Assembly: GCA_905478415.1 (NCBI GenBank)
Contig: CAJQIG010000001.1
Coordinates: 72,818-136,817 of the forward strand
Reading direction: 5' to 3'
Origin: an uncultured Patescibacteria group bacterium
GTDB lineage: Bacteria > Patescibacteriota > Microgenomatia > UBA1400 > PJMF01
Length of the DNA stretch: 64,000 bases
Position numbers and translations under genes: made by a program. Shown piece by piece: positions 48,051 to 57,782 of this stretch; the first letter of the stretch is position 1; each line of letters begins with the position of its first letter. A model generated the notes under the pieces. It ran no database searches. It was not told where the DNA came from and saw only the letters and a list, made by a program, of their open reading frames with translations.

Positions 48051-48233
48051 CTATGGAACAAGGATCGATGCTCCAATCACAATACAAGCGATTGCGACAA
48101 GAGCTAAGACAAAAATAATACGGGCTGCGGTATCAGTAACGTGCACTCCTTCGGCCCAAGGGCTTCTGAGTACCAAAAGTAAGATGAGCCCTACCAGGGC
48201 TCCAATGATTATTAGTGATAATCCAAGGGGCAT
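48051..48233 (-). CDS. Small 2-TM hypothetical protein (60 aa)
   Basis: AAGGAG SD; two hydrophobic helices. Confidence 0.7.
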   Translation of the reverse strand: MPLGLSLIIIGALVGLILLLVLRSPWAEGVHVTDTAARIIFVLALVAIACIVIGASILVP

Positions 48234-48251
48234 GGTTATTCTCCTTGATAC

Positions 48252-48446
48252 TTATGTGGTTGCCGCAAGGACGAACCAAAAGTATCCTAGGCCGGAAAGA
48301 AGTAAGATCATTCCGATAAAAAAAAGTTTTGCAGTTGTGTTTTGATAAACAATGTTTGTACTGTTTTGTTCTGTTCTAGACCTAAAAAATACAACGATCA
48401 GTAGAATTAATCCACAAATCACACTTATAGATGCAATTGTAGCCAT
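48252..48446 (-). CDS. Small 2-TM hypothetical protein (64 aa)
   Basis: GGAGG SD before MATIAS at 48446; two hydrophobic helices. Confidence 0.7.
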   Translation of the reverse strand: MATIASISVICGLILLIVVFFRSRTEQNSTNIVYQNTTAKLFFIGMILLLSGLGYFWFVLAATT

Positions 48447-48538
48447 CCTGTTCCTCCATTTTAAAGAAAAGTACTTGGAGTGTGTGAGCGCGGAGCTCAA
48501 ACATTCCAAGTGTGATTTATTGTATCATAATAAGATGT

Positions 48539-50314
48539 TTATATGTCGTATTTGACAATTAAGAACTCATTGTTCTCTAGTATGGTTTGATAGTTTTCAT
48601 TTGTAAATATTGTATGTATTGTGTCGATTGACTCCTCTAGCATTAGTTTTTTGTTAAATTTTATGTATGTGACGTCTTTTTGATTGAGAAGCTCATACGT
48701 ATCTAAACTTTTTGAGTTTTCGACTGAAGTTCTAAAGTTATGAATAAAATCATCAATGTGTTTTGGTTGGAAGCCGCTGTAGCCATTAACAAGCTGGCAG
48801 TCATAATGCATGTTGTTCAAGAGCATTTTGGTCCAGTAATTTAGGGTTATCAAGACATGAGTTTTTGGTTGTTCAGGTGCAAATGGATATTCTAAAAGCA
48901 CGTCATTTACTTGACATTCAGATATCAAGTAATTGTAGCTGTCATCTCGGTAGGTATCTACAGCAGTTCTTTGTTTAATTGGAACGATTTCTAGTATGTA
49001 CAATGCTGTTATCAACGTAATAATAAAAATTGCTTTCTTAATTGTATATGATTTAAAAATTGAGTTGAGTGCTACACCAACAAAGTAAAACATACCCACT
49101 TGAACTACAAAAAACCATCTAGATATCACTCGTAATGCTGAAAAAAAAGGAGTTAGTTTAAGTGGAAAAATATACGGCAATGGTATGGCAAGATATTTTC
49201 CATTAAGACTGAGTCGAGGTCCGAGTACTGCTATTATTCCCCATCCGAGCAACAACATAAAGAAATGAAAGATTTGCCTTTCTTTCTTTGTTAAGGAAGA
49301 TTTCCTTAGTTTTTTTATTCCATATGTAACAACAATTAAAAGTATGAAGCCTGTCCCAAATGTTTCTCCTCCAAGGCGATGGTTATGGACATTTATTTTT
49401 TTATAGAATGATTCAACCCAGAAGCTTGGAAGCGGGTTAAAAAAGAAATCAGTGATTTGCATCGAATGATTTATATAGGTATCCGCTGAACGTTCTATCT
49501 CATATACTCTTTGGATTTGCACAAATTTGAAAACAAAGTAACCTGCAATAACAAGAAAGCCCAAGAAAAATAATGATCCTTGTTGTATGGACTTCAGTAA
49601 AGCTTTGGAATCAAAAGCTTTTTTATATTTTTTCCTAAAAAGGTTTTTGAATTGGATATGAGTACTCATTTTCAAAAGAAAGAATATACCTGAAATTGTT
49701 AAGGAGTAAATGCCAATGTAGACTGCAGCTAAAAATTGCAATCCGCTCAAGAAACCAGCGAACACATATTCTGATCTTTTTTTTGCTGTGAGTAGTACTC
49801 CTAATGAAAAAAAGAAAAACCAATATGAGATCATTTGATAATGTGCATACATGGTAAATACATACGGTGAAAAAGTGAAAAGTAATGTCAACAAAAATAT
49901 AGTTTTTTTATCTTTAAAAACTTTATTCCAAAAGAACTGTAGAGAAATGATATTTAGTAATCCAACTGCTAGAAAAACAAGATTGTGAGTTGTTATGTAG
50001 TCTTCTGTAAAAGGGAAAATAAATAGTCCCAAAATACTTTGTGGGAGTAGCAGATCAGTAAAGTACTTTCCTCCTGGAGTTGGATAGAACATTGAGATAT
50101 TTCCGAAATTCATGAAATCTAGTGTGGAAATGTGCTGTATATTCTGTTGGAGAATGTAGACCATCAATGGATAGTCGTACCAATCTGATAAAGCTGAAGA
50201 AATGTGTAACACCAGTGTTTTATTGAAAAGTAAAAATAAAAAGAATATAAATAAGACCGAGAGGATGGAAAACGCTTTTGCTTTTGAGAGTTGTATTAAT
50301 TTTTTCTTTGACAT
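48539..50314 (-). CDS. GT-C-like (YfhO-related) membrane protein
   Basis: Multi-TM, DWYD in the first loop, LRVISRW, LVNGYSGF; AT-rich. Confidence 0.65.
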   Translation of the reverse strand: MSKKKLIQLSKAKAFSILSVLFIFFLFLLFNKTLVLHISSALSDWYDYPLMVYILQQNIQHISTLDFMNFGNISMFYPTPGGKYFTDLLLPQSILGLFIFPFTEDYITTHNLVFLAVGLLNIISLQFFWNKVFKDKKTIFLLTLLFTFSPYVFTMYAHYQMISYWFFFFSLGVLLTAKKRSEYVFAGFLSGLQFLAAVYIGIYSLTISGIFFLLKMSTHIQFKNLFRKKYKKAFDSKALLKSIQQGSLFFLGFLVIAGYFVFKFVQIQRVYEIERSADTYINHSMQITDFFFNPLPSFWVESFYKKINVHNHRLGGETFGTGFILLIVVTYGIKKLRKSSLTKKERQIFHFFMLLLGWGIIAVLGPRLSLNGKYLAIPLPYIFPLKLTPFFSALRVISRWFFVVQVGMFYFVGVALNSIFKSYTIKKAIFIITLITALYILEIVPIKQRTAVDTYRDDSYNYLISECQVNDVLLEYPFAPEQPKTHVLITLNYWTKMLLNNMHYDCQLVNGYSGFQPKHIDDFIHNFRTSVENSKSLDTYELLNQKDVTYIKFNKKLMLEESIDTIHTIFTNENYQTILENNEFLIVKYDI

Positions 50315-50435
50315 ACCGTATGCAATGGATTATTACATGTCTAAGTGAATTTATGAAGAAACAGAAGTATAGTATACTAACCAAACTTTACTTTATGATT
50401 ATTTGAAGTTTGTTTTAAGAAAGAGTAGCTAAATA

Positions 50436-52970
50436 ATGTCAAACATGTTCTCTCATAGCACAAAACGAATATTGAGTAATAAATTTTTTAAAATTGCTGC
50501 CTTTTTTGTATTTATATTAATACTTTTTGTTTATCAGATATTTGCACTAGTAAAAAATCGTGCTAAGTCTTTAGATGATCAACAAATCACCACACTCGTT
50601 CAAAGGGTCTCATTCAGTTCAGAACAAAATTTTAGTAAAATATTGTCTAAAGACAAAAGAACTTTCTCCTTCAAGGCTGAAAATAATAATTTAGGCATCA
50701 TTGCTGTTTTAATAAATAATTATGACCAAGTGAATTCTGACCAACTCACATTTCGAATACGGGAAAAGACTTCTGATAATTGGTATTTCCAAGAGAAATA
50801 TACTACATCCAAGATGAATGCCTCCTATTTCTATACTTTTGGATTTCCACTAATAGCTGAATCAAAAGGAAAAGAATACTTGGTTGAGATAGAATCAATT
50901 GCTGGAGTTCCTAATAATTCAATTTCTTTACATTCTGATTCGCGTTTTTTTATGGCTAAATATTCGTATCCAAAGTCGTATTTGTTTGATCATAGTGATG
51001 AAATTGTTCCATTTACAATTAAAAGAATAGAAGGATATCGCGAGTATCTTTCAAAGGCAGATGTCTTCGCTCTATTTTTGAAAACCTTGGGATGGACAGC
51101 TGTAGTGGGTATTATATTCTATATTTCTAAGAAATATTTTCTTGAGATTATTGCAGGGTATTTGAATAGTATTTACGCAAGAAAGAATGAATTAGCAGAA
51201 TATTTAAAAGACTATGTTGGTTCAAAGTCTTTCAAAAGTGAACTGCTTTTTGTTTTGACTCCAGTAATGGCGTTGTTAGATTTTGCTTTTTTTTCTCCTT
51301 TTACAAAAGAAATTGGGATACCATTGCTTGTTATAATTTCTCTTTTAAATATCGGATATTTATATTTAATATATGTATCCTTTAATGCAATTTTAAGTTT
51401 TGTTAGAGATAAAATATATTATCCAATTGCTTTTCCAGTAGTAGTATTTGTTGTCAGTAGATTGTTTTTTCTTGATGCTGTACCCCGATGGGATAGTGCA
51501 GTTTACTTTCATGCATTACTTAAGAGCATGGCAAAGTTTGATTACAGTATCGGGTCGTTTTTAGGTTTTAATTGGTTTGGGCACCCGTCAATGGGTTTTG
51601 GGCTTTATTCCTCCATTTTTCAATTTCTAAAACCAGATAGCATTTTAATGGTAAATATTGGAAATATTTTCTTAGGAATTATTGCAATTATTTCTTTTTA
51701 CTTAATTAGTCTCTACTTTTTTGAAAATAGAAAAAAAATTGAACTTGTTTTATTAACTACAATGTTTGCTATAAACCCCTTGTTTTTTAGCGTCTCCACT
51801 GCTTTTTTACCAGATTTTGGAGTGATTGTATTTTTCTTAGCAGCATTAGCAGCATTTTTTAATAAAAAACATTTACTGACAACATTCTTTTTTCTATTAA
51901 TGGTTTTTTCTAAAGAAACTGGTGTTTATACATATGGTTTCTTTCTTTTGTTTATTTCAATATTTGTTTTATTGCAACGTCTTTCTAAAATCCATCCAGA
52001 AAAAATAATCAGTTTTTTCTTTGCTCTGATTCCAGGGCTTAGTTTTCTTTTATACTTCATACATAGTAAGGGTAGACATTGGACTGCTGGAAAGCCAATT
52101 GTTATTTCAAATGATTGTTTTTTTTGTTTTTCGTTTCAACCTGCTCACTTTATTCAAAATATTGAAGTTATGTTTATACTAAATTTTAGTTGGATTTTAA
52201 GTGTCATAATCATTATCTCTTTAATTCTTCATTTTTTTAAACGTCAACAATTTTCTTCTTTTTCAAGTGCAGTGAAAAAACAAGAGTTTAAATCTTTAGT
52301 TGCAACTTTTGTTAGTTTTGTCGTCTTTTTTATGGTTTTTGTTATTTATATTATTCCAAGTTATATGACAATTTCTGTTGTGTTTTTACTATTTATAGCT
52401 TATTTTTCATTACTACAATTAAAAATAAACTCTGGATTTAGAATTTTGATACTACTATTTGTCACAACTATATTTTTGATTCAAAGCTTTTTTAACATAG
52501 ATTGGTTGTCTTCGAAGATCTTTGGTGAGTTTAGCCTTGGGAATCACCAAGTGGTAAAAGTTGGTTCTGAATATTCCTGTGATGGATTGATTTATAATAC
52601 TCAATATTTGTACATAGATCGTTTAATTACAAAGTTCCATCAGGAGTTTGGTATTAGTGAGAGTGATTCCATTATTATGAACGCTTCACACTGGCATAGT
52701 TTTTACCTTGGTGGAGGTGGGTACGAAGTATATATAGACCCAAATACCTTGCAAAAAACGTTTATGAAAACAAATGGATTTCGTCCTCAGATATACCCTT
52801 TGAAGGCAGCTAAAACATACCCTGATGAGGCATACTATTTAGCTTTCCCATGGTTAGAAGATGAAGGTAGTTCTCTTGAGATTCTCAAAGGGTTCTATAG
52901 TATTGATAAGGAAACAAGAATTACTACTGGTGGATACTGGATAACTGTATATAGTCTGTCTAAGAAATAA
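50436..52970 (+). CDS. GT-C-like membrane glycosyltransferase with an N-terminal extracellular beta domain
   Basis: PRWDSAVY, GHPS, NPLF, FLPD, SKETG; many TM helices; AT-rich. Confidence 0.65.
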   Translation: MSNMFSHSTKRILSNKFFKIAAFFVFILILFVYQIFALVKNRAKSLDDQQITTLVQRVSFSSEQNFSKILSKDKRTFSFKAENNNLGIIAVLINNYDQVNSDQLTFRIREKTSDNWYFQEKYTTSKMNASYFYTFGFPLIAESKGKEYLVEIESIAGVPNNSISLHSDSRFFMAKYSYPKSYLFDHSDEIVPFTIKRIEGYREYLSKADVFALFLKTLGWTAVVGIIFYISKKYFLEIIAGYLNSIYARKNELAEYLKDYVGSKSFKSELLFVLTPVMALLDFAFFSPFTKEIGIPLLVIISLLNIGYLYLIYVSFNAILSFVRDKIYYPIAFPVVVFVVSRLFFLDAVPRWDSAVYFHALLKSMAKFDYSIGSFLGFNWFGHPSMGFGLYSSIFQFLKPDSILMVNIGNIFLGIIAIISFYLISLYFFENRKKIELVLLTTMFAINPLFFSVSTAFLPDFGVIVFFLAALAAFFNKKHLLTTFFFLLMVFSKETGVYTYGFFLLFISIFVLLQRLSKIHPEKIISFFFALIPGLSFLLYFIHSKGRHWTAGKPIVISNDCFFCFSFQPAHFIQNIEVMFILNFSWILSVIIIISLILHFFKRQQFSSFSSAVKKQEFKSLVATFVSFVVFFMVFVIYIIPSYMTISVVFLLFIAYFSLLQLKINSGFRILILLFVTTIFLIQSFFNIDWLSSKIFGEFSLGNHQVVKVGSEYSCDGLIYNTQYLYIDRLITKFHQEFGISESDSIIMNASHWHSFYLGGGGYEVYIDPNTLQKTFMKTNGFRPQIYPLKAAKTYPDEAYYLAFPWLEDEGSSLEILKGFYSIDKETRITTGGYWITVYSLSKK

Positions 52971-52996
52971 GTTTTTATTTGTGATAAATTAACATT

Positions 52997-53617
52997 ATGC
53001 TAATAAACTCAATACTACAATATCCTCTCATCTGGGATCTTTCACAAATTATTTTTGGGGCAAACAAGCAAAAGAAAGAGTTATACCGATCACTCATTAA
53101 AAAGAAGGGTGCGCTGCTTGACTTTGGTTGTGCTGACGGAAATACTTTTTTAGCATTTAAAAATTTTGATTATACTGGTCTTGACATTGATGCCAAGGCC
53201 ATTGCTCATGCTGAACAAAAGTATGTTGATTTTCCTAATGCCACATTTATTTGTGATGATGTGTTGAAAAACAACCTCCCAAAAGAGAGTTATGATACCA
53301 TTTTATTTGCTGGTACAGCTCATCATCTTCCTGACAAAGATTTATTCAAGATTACAAGGGCGCTTGCGCGTTTACTAAAAAAAAATGGCTGCTTGTATTT
53401 TGTTGATCCTGTTAAAGATACATCGAGAAAATCAAAATTACTTTCTTTCTTAATATCTCTTGACCAAGGGAAGTTTCATAGAGATGAAAAATTTTATACT
53501 AAGAATTTAAAAAAATTTTCAAAAGACCTTAAGCCCAAATTCACTAGAACACATTTCATGACTGGTACTTTTATGCCTCAGCCAACGTATTATATTGCTA
53601 AATTTGTTAAGGCCTAA
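52997..53617 (+). CDS. Class I SAM-dependent methyltransferase
   Basis: LLDFGCADG, GLDID, YDTI...HHL, LKKNG. Confidence 0.88.
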   Translation: MLINSILQYPLIWDLSQIIFGANKQKKELYRSLIKKKGALLDFGCADGNTFLAFKNFDYTGLDIDAKAIAHAEQKYVDFPNATFICDDVLKNNLPKESYDTILFAGTAHHLPDKDLFKITRALARLLKKNGCLYFVDPVKDTSRKSKLLSFLISLDQGKFHRDEKFYTKNLKKFSKDLKPKFTRTHFMTGTFMPQPTYYIAKFVKA

Positions 53618-53619
53618 TT

Positions 53620-55239
53620 ATGAGTTTTCTTGCTCCTAGATCATATTTTTCTCAGATGGGAGAAGACAAGTATATTGATACTGAAATTTTTTTAGGTAAA
53701 AGCAATGGTGTGTTTTTAGATATTGGAGCACATGATGGAAAAACATTTAGTAACACCTATTTCTTAGAGAAGTATCGTAACTGGAACGGTATTTGCGTGG
53801 AGCCACTTCCAGATATTTTTAAAAAACTCAAGAAAAATCGAAAAGCCATAGCAATCAATGCCGGTGTGGGTTTAAAAAAAGGAAAAGAAAAGTTTTTAGA
53901 GGTTAGTGGTGATGGAAACGCAGAAATGTTTTCTGGCTTACTTGCTTCTTTTGATCCTCGTCAAATTAGAAATATTAAGAAGGAAGTAAAAAAACGTAAT
54001 GGAAAAATAAAAGAAACAGTAATTGATATAGTGCCACTGTCAACTATTCTTAAGAAGAATAAGATTACTCACGTTGATTATTGCTCCATAGATACCGAAG
54101 GTAATGAACTTGATGTCCTAAAGTCAATTGATTTTTCAGCTTGTAGTATAACTTGTTTTACTGTCGAAGACTTATTTGGTAGCAAAGAACTTCGTTCTTT
54201 TATGAAAGAAAAAGGCTATACCTTAGTGAAAACTCTTGATAAGGATTTGGTCTTTCTTCATAAATCTTCAATGCAAATAGGTGGTAATAAAGCAGATGTG
54301 GAAATGGTGAAATCAGGCACGCAGACTCTTTCGGTTGTCATTCATACAAAAAACGAAGAAAAGATGATAGCGGATTGTATTCAGTCTGTTAAAAAGATTG
54401 CAGACGAGATTATTGTTGCTGATATGCAGAGTACAGATAATACAATTGGTATTGCAAAAAAATTAAAAGCAAAAATTATATCAGTCCCAGAGTACGGTTT
54501 TGCTGATCCAGCTAGAAATTTAGCGCTTTCAAAGGTTACAAAGGATTGGGTTCTTGTTCTTGATGCAGATGAAAGGATCACACCAAAACTAGAAAAAAAA
54601 ATAAAAAGATTGATACGCGGTGGAACTTGTGATGTTGTTAGTTTTCCAAGAAAAAACATAATGCTGGGAGGGTGGATTAAGCATGGATTGAGATGGCCAG
54701 ACTATCAAATTCGTTTGTTTAGAAAAGGTTTTGCAAGCTGGAGTGACATGATTCATGATCCGGCTCATTATACGGGGCGTTTTTACAGGCTGCCAGCAAA
54801 GGAAGTAAATGCCTTAGTCCATTATCATAGCGATAGTATTAGTTACTTAATGGATAAAACATACCTCCAGGCCTCTTTAGAACGTTTCTATGATAATCAA
54901 GAAGATTTGTCAATTGATACCATTTACGACAGGATGGGTAAGGAGTTTGTTTGGCGCTTCTTTGAACATGAAGGTTATAAAGATAAAATGCATGGATTAA
55001 TAGTAAATAAATTTATGGAGTTTTATAGGTTTCTAGAATTTGCTATGTATTGGGAGCGAAGTGGCAAACCCGAACTAGCAACAATCAAAGAATTAGATAG
55101 TCTTTGGAATATTGAGAACAAGCTCAATGAAACAACGGACGAACTCAACAGAATTAAAGATTCAAAATTTTATATTTTTTGGAAAGCTTATTCATATTTG
55201 AAAGATTTATTTAAAAATATGCAATCAAAATTACACTAG
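53620..55239 (+). CDS. FkbM-family methyltransferase fused to a GT2 glycosyltransferase
   Basis: SQMGED, FLDIGAHDG...SNTY, SIDTEGNE; then LSVVIHTKNEE, VLDADE, PDYQIRLF. Confidence 0.88.
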   Translation: MSFLAPRSYFSQMGEDKYIDTEIFLGKSNGVFLDIGAHDGKTFSNTYFLEKYRNWNGICVEPLPDIFKKLKKNRKAIAINAGVGLKKGKEKFLEVSGDGNAEMFSGLLASFDPRQIRNIKKEVKKRNGKIKETVIDIVPLSTILKKNKITHVDYCSIDTEGNELDVLKSIDFSACSITCFTVEDLFGSKELRSFMKEKGYTLVKTLDKDLVFLHKSSMQIGGNKADVEMVKSGTQTLSVVIHTKNEEKMIADCIQSVKKIADEIIVADMQSTDNTIGIAKKLKAKIISVPEYGFADPARNLALSKVTKDWVLVLDADERITPKLEKKIKRLIRGGTCDVVSFPRKNIMLGGWIKHGLRWPDYQIRLFRKGFASWSDMIHDPAHYTGRFYRLPAKEVNALVHYHSDSISYLMDKTYLQASLERFYDNQEDLSIDTIYDRMGKEFVWRFFEHEGYKDKMHGLIVNKFMEFYRFLEFAMYWERSGKPELATIKELDSLWNIENKLNETTDELNRIKDSKFYIFWKAYSYLKDLFKNMQSKLH

Positions 55240-56192
55240 TGAAAAAACACACGTTTTTAATTACTGGCTCAACAGGTTTTATAGGTTCAGTTTTGTTGCG
55301 CACCTTGCTTCGAAGAGGAGAAAAAGTTGCTATTATTTTGCGGAAAGAATCGAATGTTTGGCGCATCAGTGACTTACTGGGTCAGGTCACTATTCATTAT
55401 TCGGACTTATCTTCATTACCTAAGTTAGAGAGTATTATTAAAAAAGTAAAGCCAACTGTTATTTACCATTTAGCTACAAATGGAGCTTATTCATATCAAG
55501 ATAATGCAGATCAAATTATTCAAACAAATATTCTAGGCACATGGAACTTATTGCAAGCATGTAATATAGTTGATTACGAATTATTTGTGAATACGGGCAG
55601 TTCTTCGGAATATGGTTTTAAGCAATTTGCTATGAGGGAAACTGACATTACAGAACCGGCAAGTTATTATGCTGTAACGAAGTGTGCACAGACACTTTTA
55701 TGTTCTCATATTGCTCGTCAAGAAAAAAAACCGATAGTTACTTTGAGACCCTTTTCCGTTTATGGCCCATTTGAAGAGCCTCGTCGCCTTGTTCCCACCT
55801 TAATGATGTCTCTCTTACAGAATAAAAAAATGAGTCTAGTATCTCCGACTATTGCGAGAGACTATATTTATATTGATGATATGGTATCTGCTTATCTTAA
55901 GATAAGTAAACTTAAAATGAATTCTGGTGAGTATTTTAATATTGGTACTGGAGTACAAACAACAATTAAGGAAATAGTAAATAAATCATCGAGAATAAGT
56001 GGAAAAGAAGGCAATTTTATTTGGGAAGGTCTTGATAATAGAAAGTGGGATACAGATGTTTGGGTGGGCGATATATCCAAAGCCAAAAGGCTTTTAAACT
56101 GGCAACCAAAACATTCTTTGGAATCTGGTATAACTGAAACATGGAAGTGGTTTGAAAAAAATTATAAGAAATATAGTTATGAAAAAAAATAA
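55239..56192 (+). CDS. NAD-dependent nucleotide-sugar epimerase/reductase
   Basis: TGSTGFIG, GSSSEYG, YAVTK, RPFSVYGP, RDYIYIDD. Confidence 0.9.
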   Translation: MKKHTFLITGSTGFIGSVLLRTLLRRGEKVAIILRKESNVWRISDLLGQVTIHYSDLSSLPKLESIIKKVKPTVIYHLATNGAYSYQDNADQIIQTNILGTWNLLQACNIVDYELFVNTGSSSEYGFKQFAMRETDITEPASYYAVTKCAQTLLCSHIARQEKKPIVTLRPFSVYGPFEEPRRLVPTLMMSLLQNKKMSLVSPTIARDYIYIDDMVSAYLKISKLKMNSGEYFNIGTGVQTTIKEIVNKSSRISGKEGNFIWEGLDNRKWDTDVWVGDISKAKRLLNWQPKHSLESGITETWKWFEKNYKKYSYEKK

Positions 56193-57075
56193 GGTTAGTT
56201 GTGCGATTTGTAATACAGTAGATAATTACTCAGTTTTATACGAACAAAATTACAAAGATGACGATTTTAACGTCGATATTTTTTCTGCTAGAAGGTTACC
56301 AGACAAAATTCATTATCAATTAGTAAAATGCAATTCGTGTGGTCTAGTCCGATCTACTCCAGTTATTGAAAATGACATCTTAAATGACTTGTATGTCAAA
56401 AGTAAATTAACATATAATACAGAAGTTGAAAACTTAAAAACCACCTATCTAGAAGCACTTTCTCCAATTTTAAATAGACTCGCAAAGAAGTCAGCAATTC
56501 TTGAAATTGGATGTGGAAATGGTTTTGTTGTAGAAGAGTTGTGCAAACAAGGGTACACAAATACTTTTGGAATTGAACCTAGCATAGATGCGGTTGAAAA
56601 AGCACCAGATGATTTATCAAAGCGAATTGTACTTGATTATTTCAAGGATGGGCTTTTTAAAGAAAATACATTTAACTTTATTTTCATATTTCAAACTTTA
56701 GATCATATTCCAAACCCTGATCAGTTCTTGAAGGAGTGTCACAGAGTTTTGAAGCCTAATGGATATATCTTTGCATATAATCATGATGTTGAAAGTATTT
56801 CAGCTAAGATCCTCGGTGAGAAAAGCCCCATTTTTGATATAGAACACACTTTTCTTTATAGTACTGATACAATTAAAAAGATATTCAACAAGAATAGATT
56901 TGAGGTGCTTTCAGTTGATAAACCATTGAATACGCTATCTTTAAAACATCTTACCTGGTTACTACCTTTACCTAGAAGAATTAAAAGGTGGTTGTTAAGA
57001 TCGAATAGTTCATTGTTTAATATAAATATAAAGATACCACTTGGTAACCTAGCAATTACGGCAAGGAAAAAATGA
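56179..57075 (+). CDS. Class I SAM methyltransferase with an N-terminal CxxC/CxxC zinc ribbon
   Basis: CAIC...CNSCG, LEIGCGNG, GIEPS, LDHIPNP, LKPNG. Confidence 0.87.
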   Translation: MKKNKVSCAICNTVDNYSVLYEQNYKDDDFNVDIFSARRLPDKIHYQLVKCNSCGLVRSTPVIENDILNDLYVKSKLTYNTEVENLKTTYLEALSPILNRLAKKSAILEIGCGNGFVVEELCKQGYTNTFGIEPSIDAVEKAPDDLSKRIVLDYFKDGLFKENTFNFIFIFQTLDHIPNPDQFLKECHRVLKPNGYIFAYNHDVESISAKILGEKSPIFDIEHTFLYSTDTIKKIFNKNRFEVLSVDKPLNTLSLKHLTWLLPLPRRIKRWLLRSNSSLFNINIKIPLGNLAITARKK

Positions 57076-57782
57076 AATTCACTGAACGTCAAAAGAAATT
57101 GAGAAAAAGACTAATGGAGGTTGTTTTTAAAGCCAACGCTTCGCATATCGGATCGTCTATAAGTGTGATTGATATAATTGATTCTATTTTTGAAATTAAA
57201 TCTAGTGAAGACCGTTTTGTACTCTCAAATGGACATGCAGCAGCAGCCTATTATGTAGTCTTAGAGAAAAACAACTATCTAAAAAATATTGACTTAAATA
57301 CATTGGGGGTTCATCCGGATAGAGATTTAAAAAAACATATTCATGTTTCAACAGGTAGCTTAGGTCAAGGATTACCGATAGCATTAGGAATGGCTTTGGC
57401 AGATAAAAAGAAAACAATTTATTGTTTAATTTCTGATGGAGAATGTGCTGAAGGTAGTATCTGGGAAGCTCTGAGGGTGTATCAACAAGAAGCTCCTAAC
57501 AATTTGAAAATTGTGGTATCAGTGAACGGTTGGGGGGCTTATGATAAAATCTCCTCGAGAGATTTGAAAAAAAGATTTACTGGCTTTGGTCTCAAGGTAG
57601 TAAGTATAAACGGTCATGACCAAAATCAAATTGTGACTTCACTTAAAGAAAAATATGATAAACCAACACTATTTTTTGCTAAAACAAATTCTGATCAATT
57701 ACCCTTTTTGAAAGACTTAGTTGCTCATTATCATTCAATGAGTGAAGAAGAGTATCAGTTAGCTGTAAAGAAATTTTCATGA
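57072..57782 (+). CDS. Transketolase-like protein, ThDP-binding N-terminal subunit
   Basis: HIGSS, LSNGH, STGSLGQGL, SDGECAEGSIWEA, NGHD. Confidence 0.9.
   Translation: MKFTERQKKLRKRLMEVVFKANASHIGSSISVIDIIDSIFEIKSSEDRFVLSNGHAAAAYYVVLEKNNYLKNIDLNTLGVHPDRDLKKHIHVSTGSLGQGLPIALGMALADKKKTIYCLISDGECAEGSIWEALRVYQQEAPNNLKIVVSVNGWGAYDKISSRDLKKRFTGFGLKVVSINGHDQNQIVTSLKEKYDKPTLFFAKTNSDQLPFLKDLVAHYHSMSEEEYQLAVKKFS

Noticed and set aside
47962-48087. 42-aa N-terminal extension of the 1223-aa ORF
   Set aside because: Overlaps the 60-aa gene and a hairpin; the paralog alignment and a -10 box support the start at 47961
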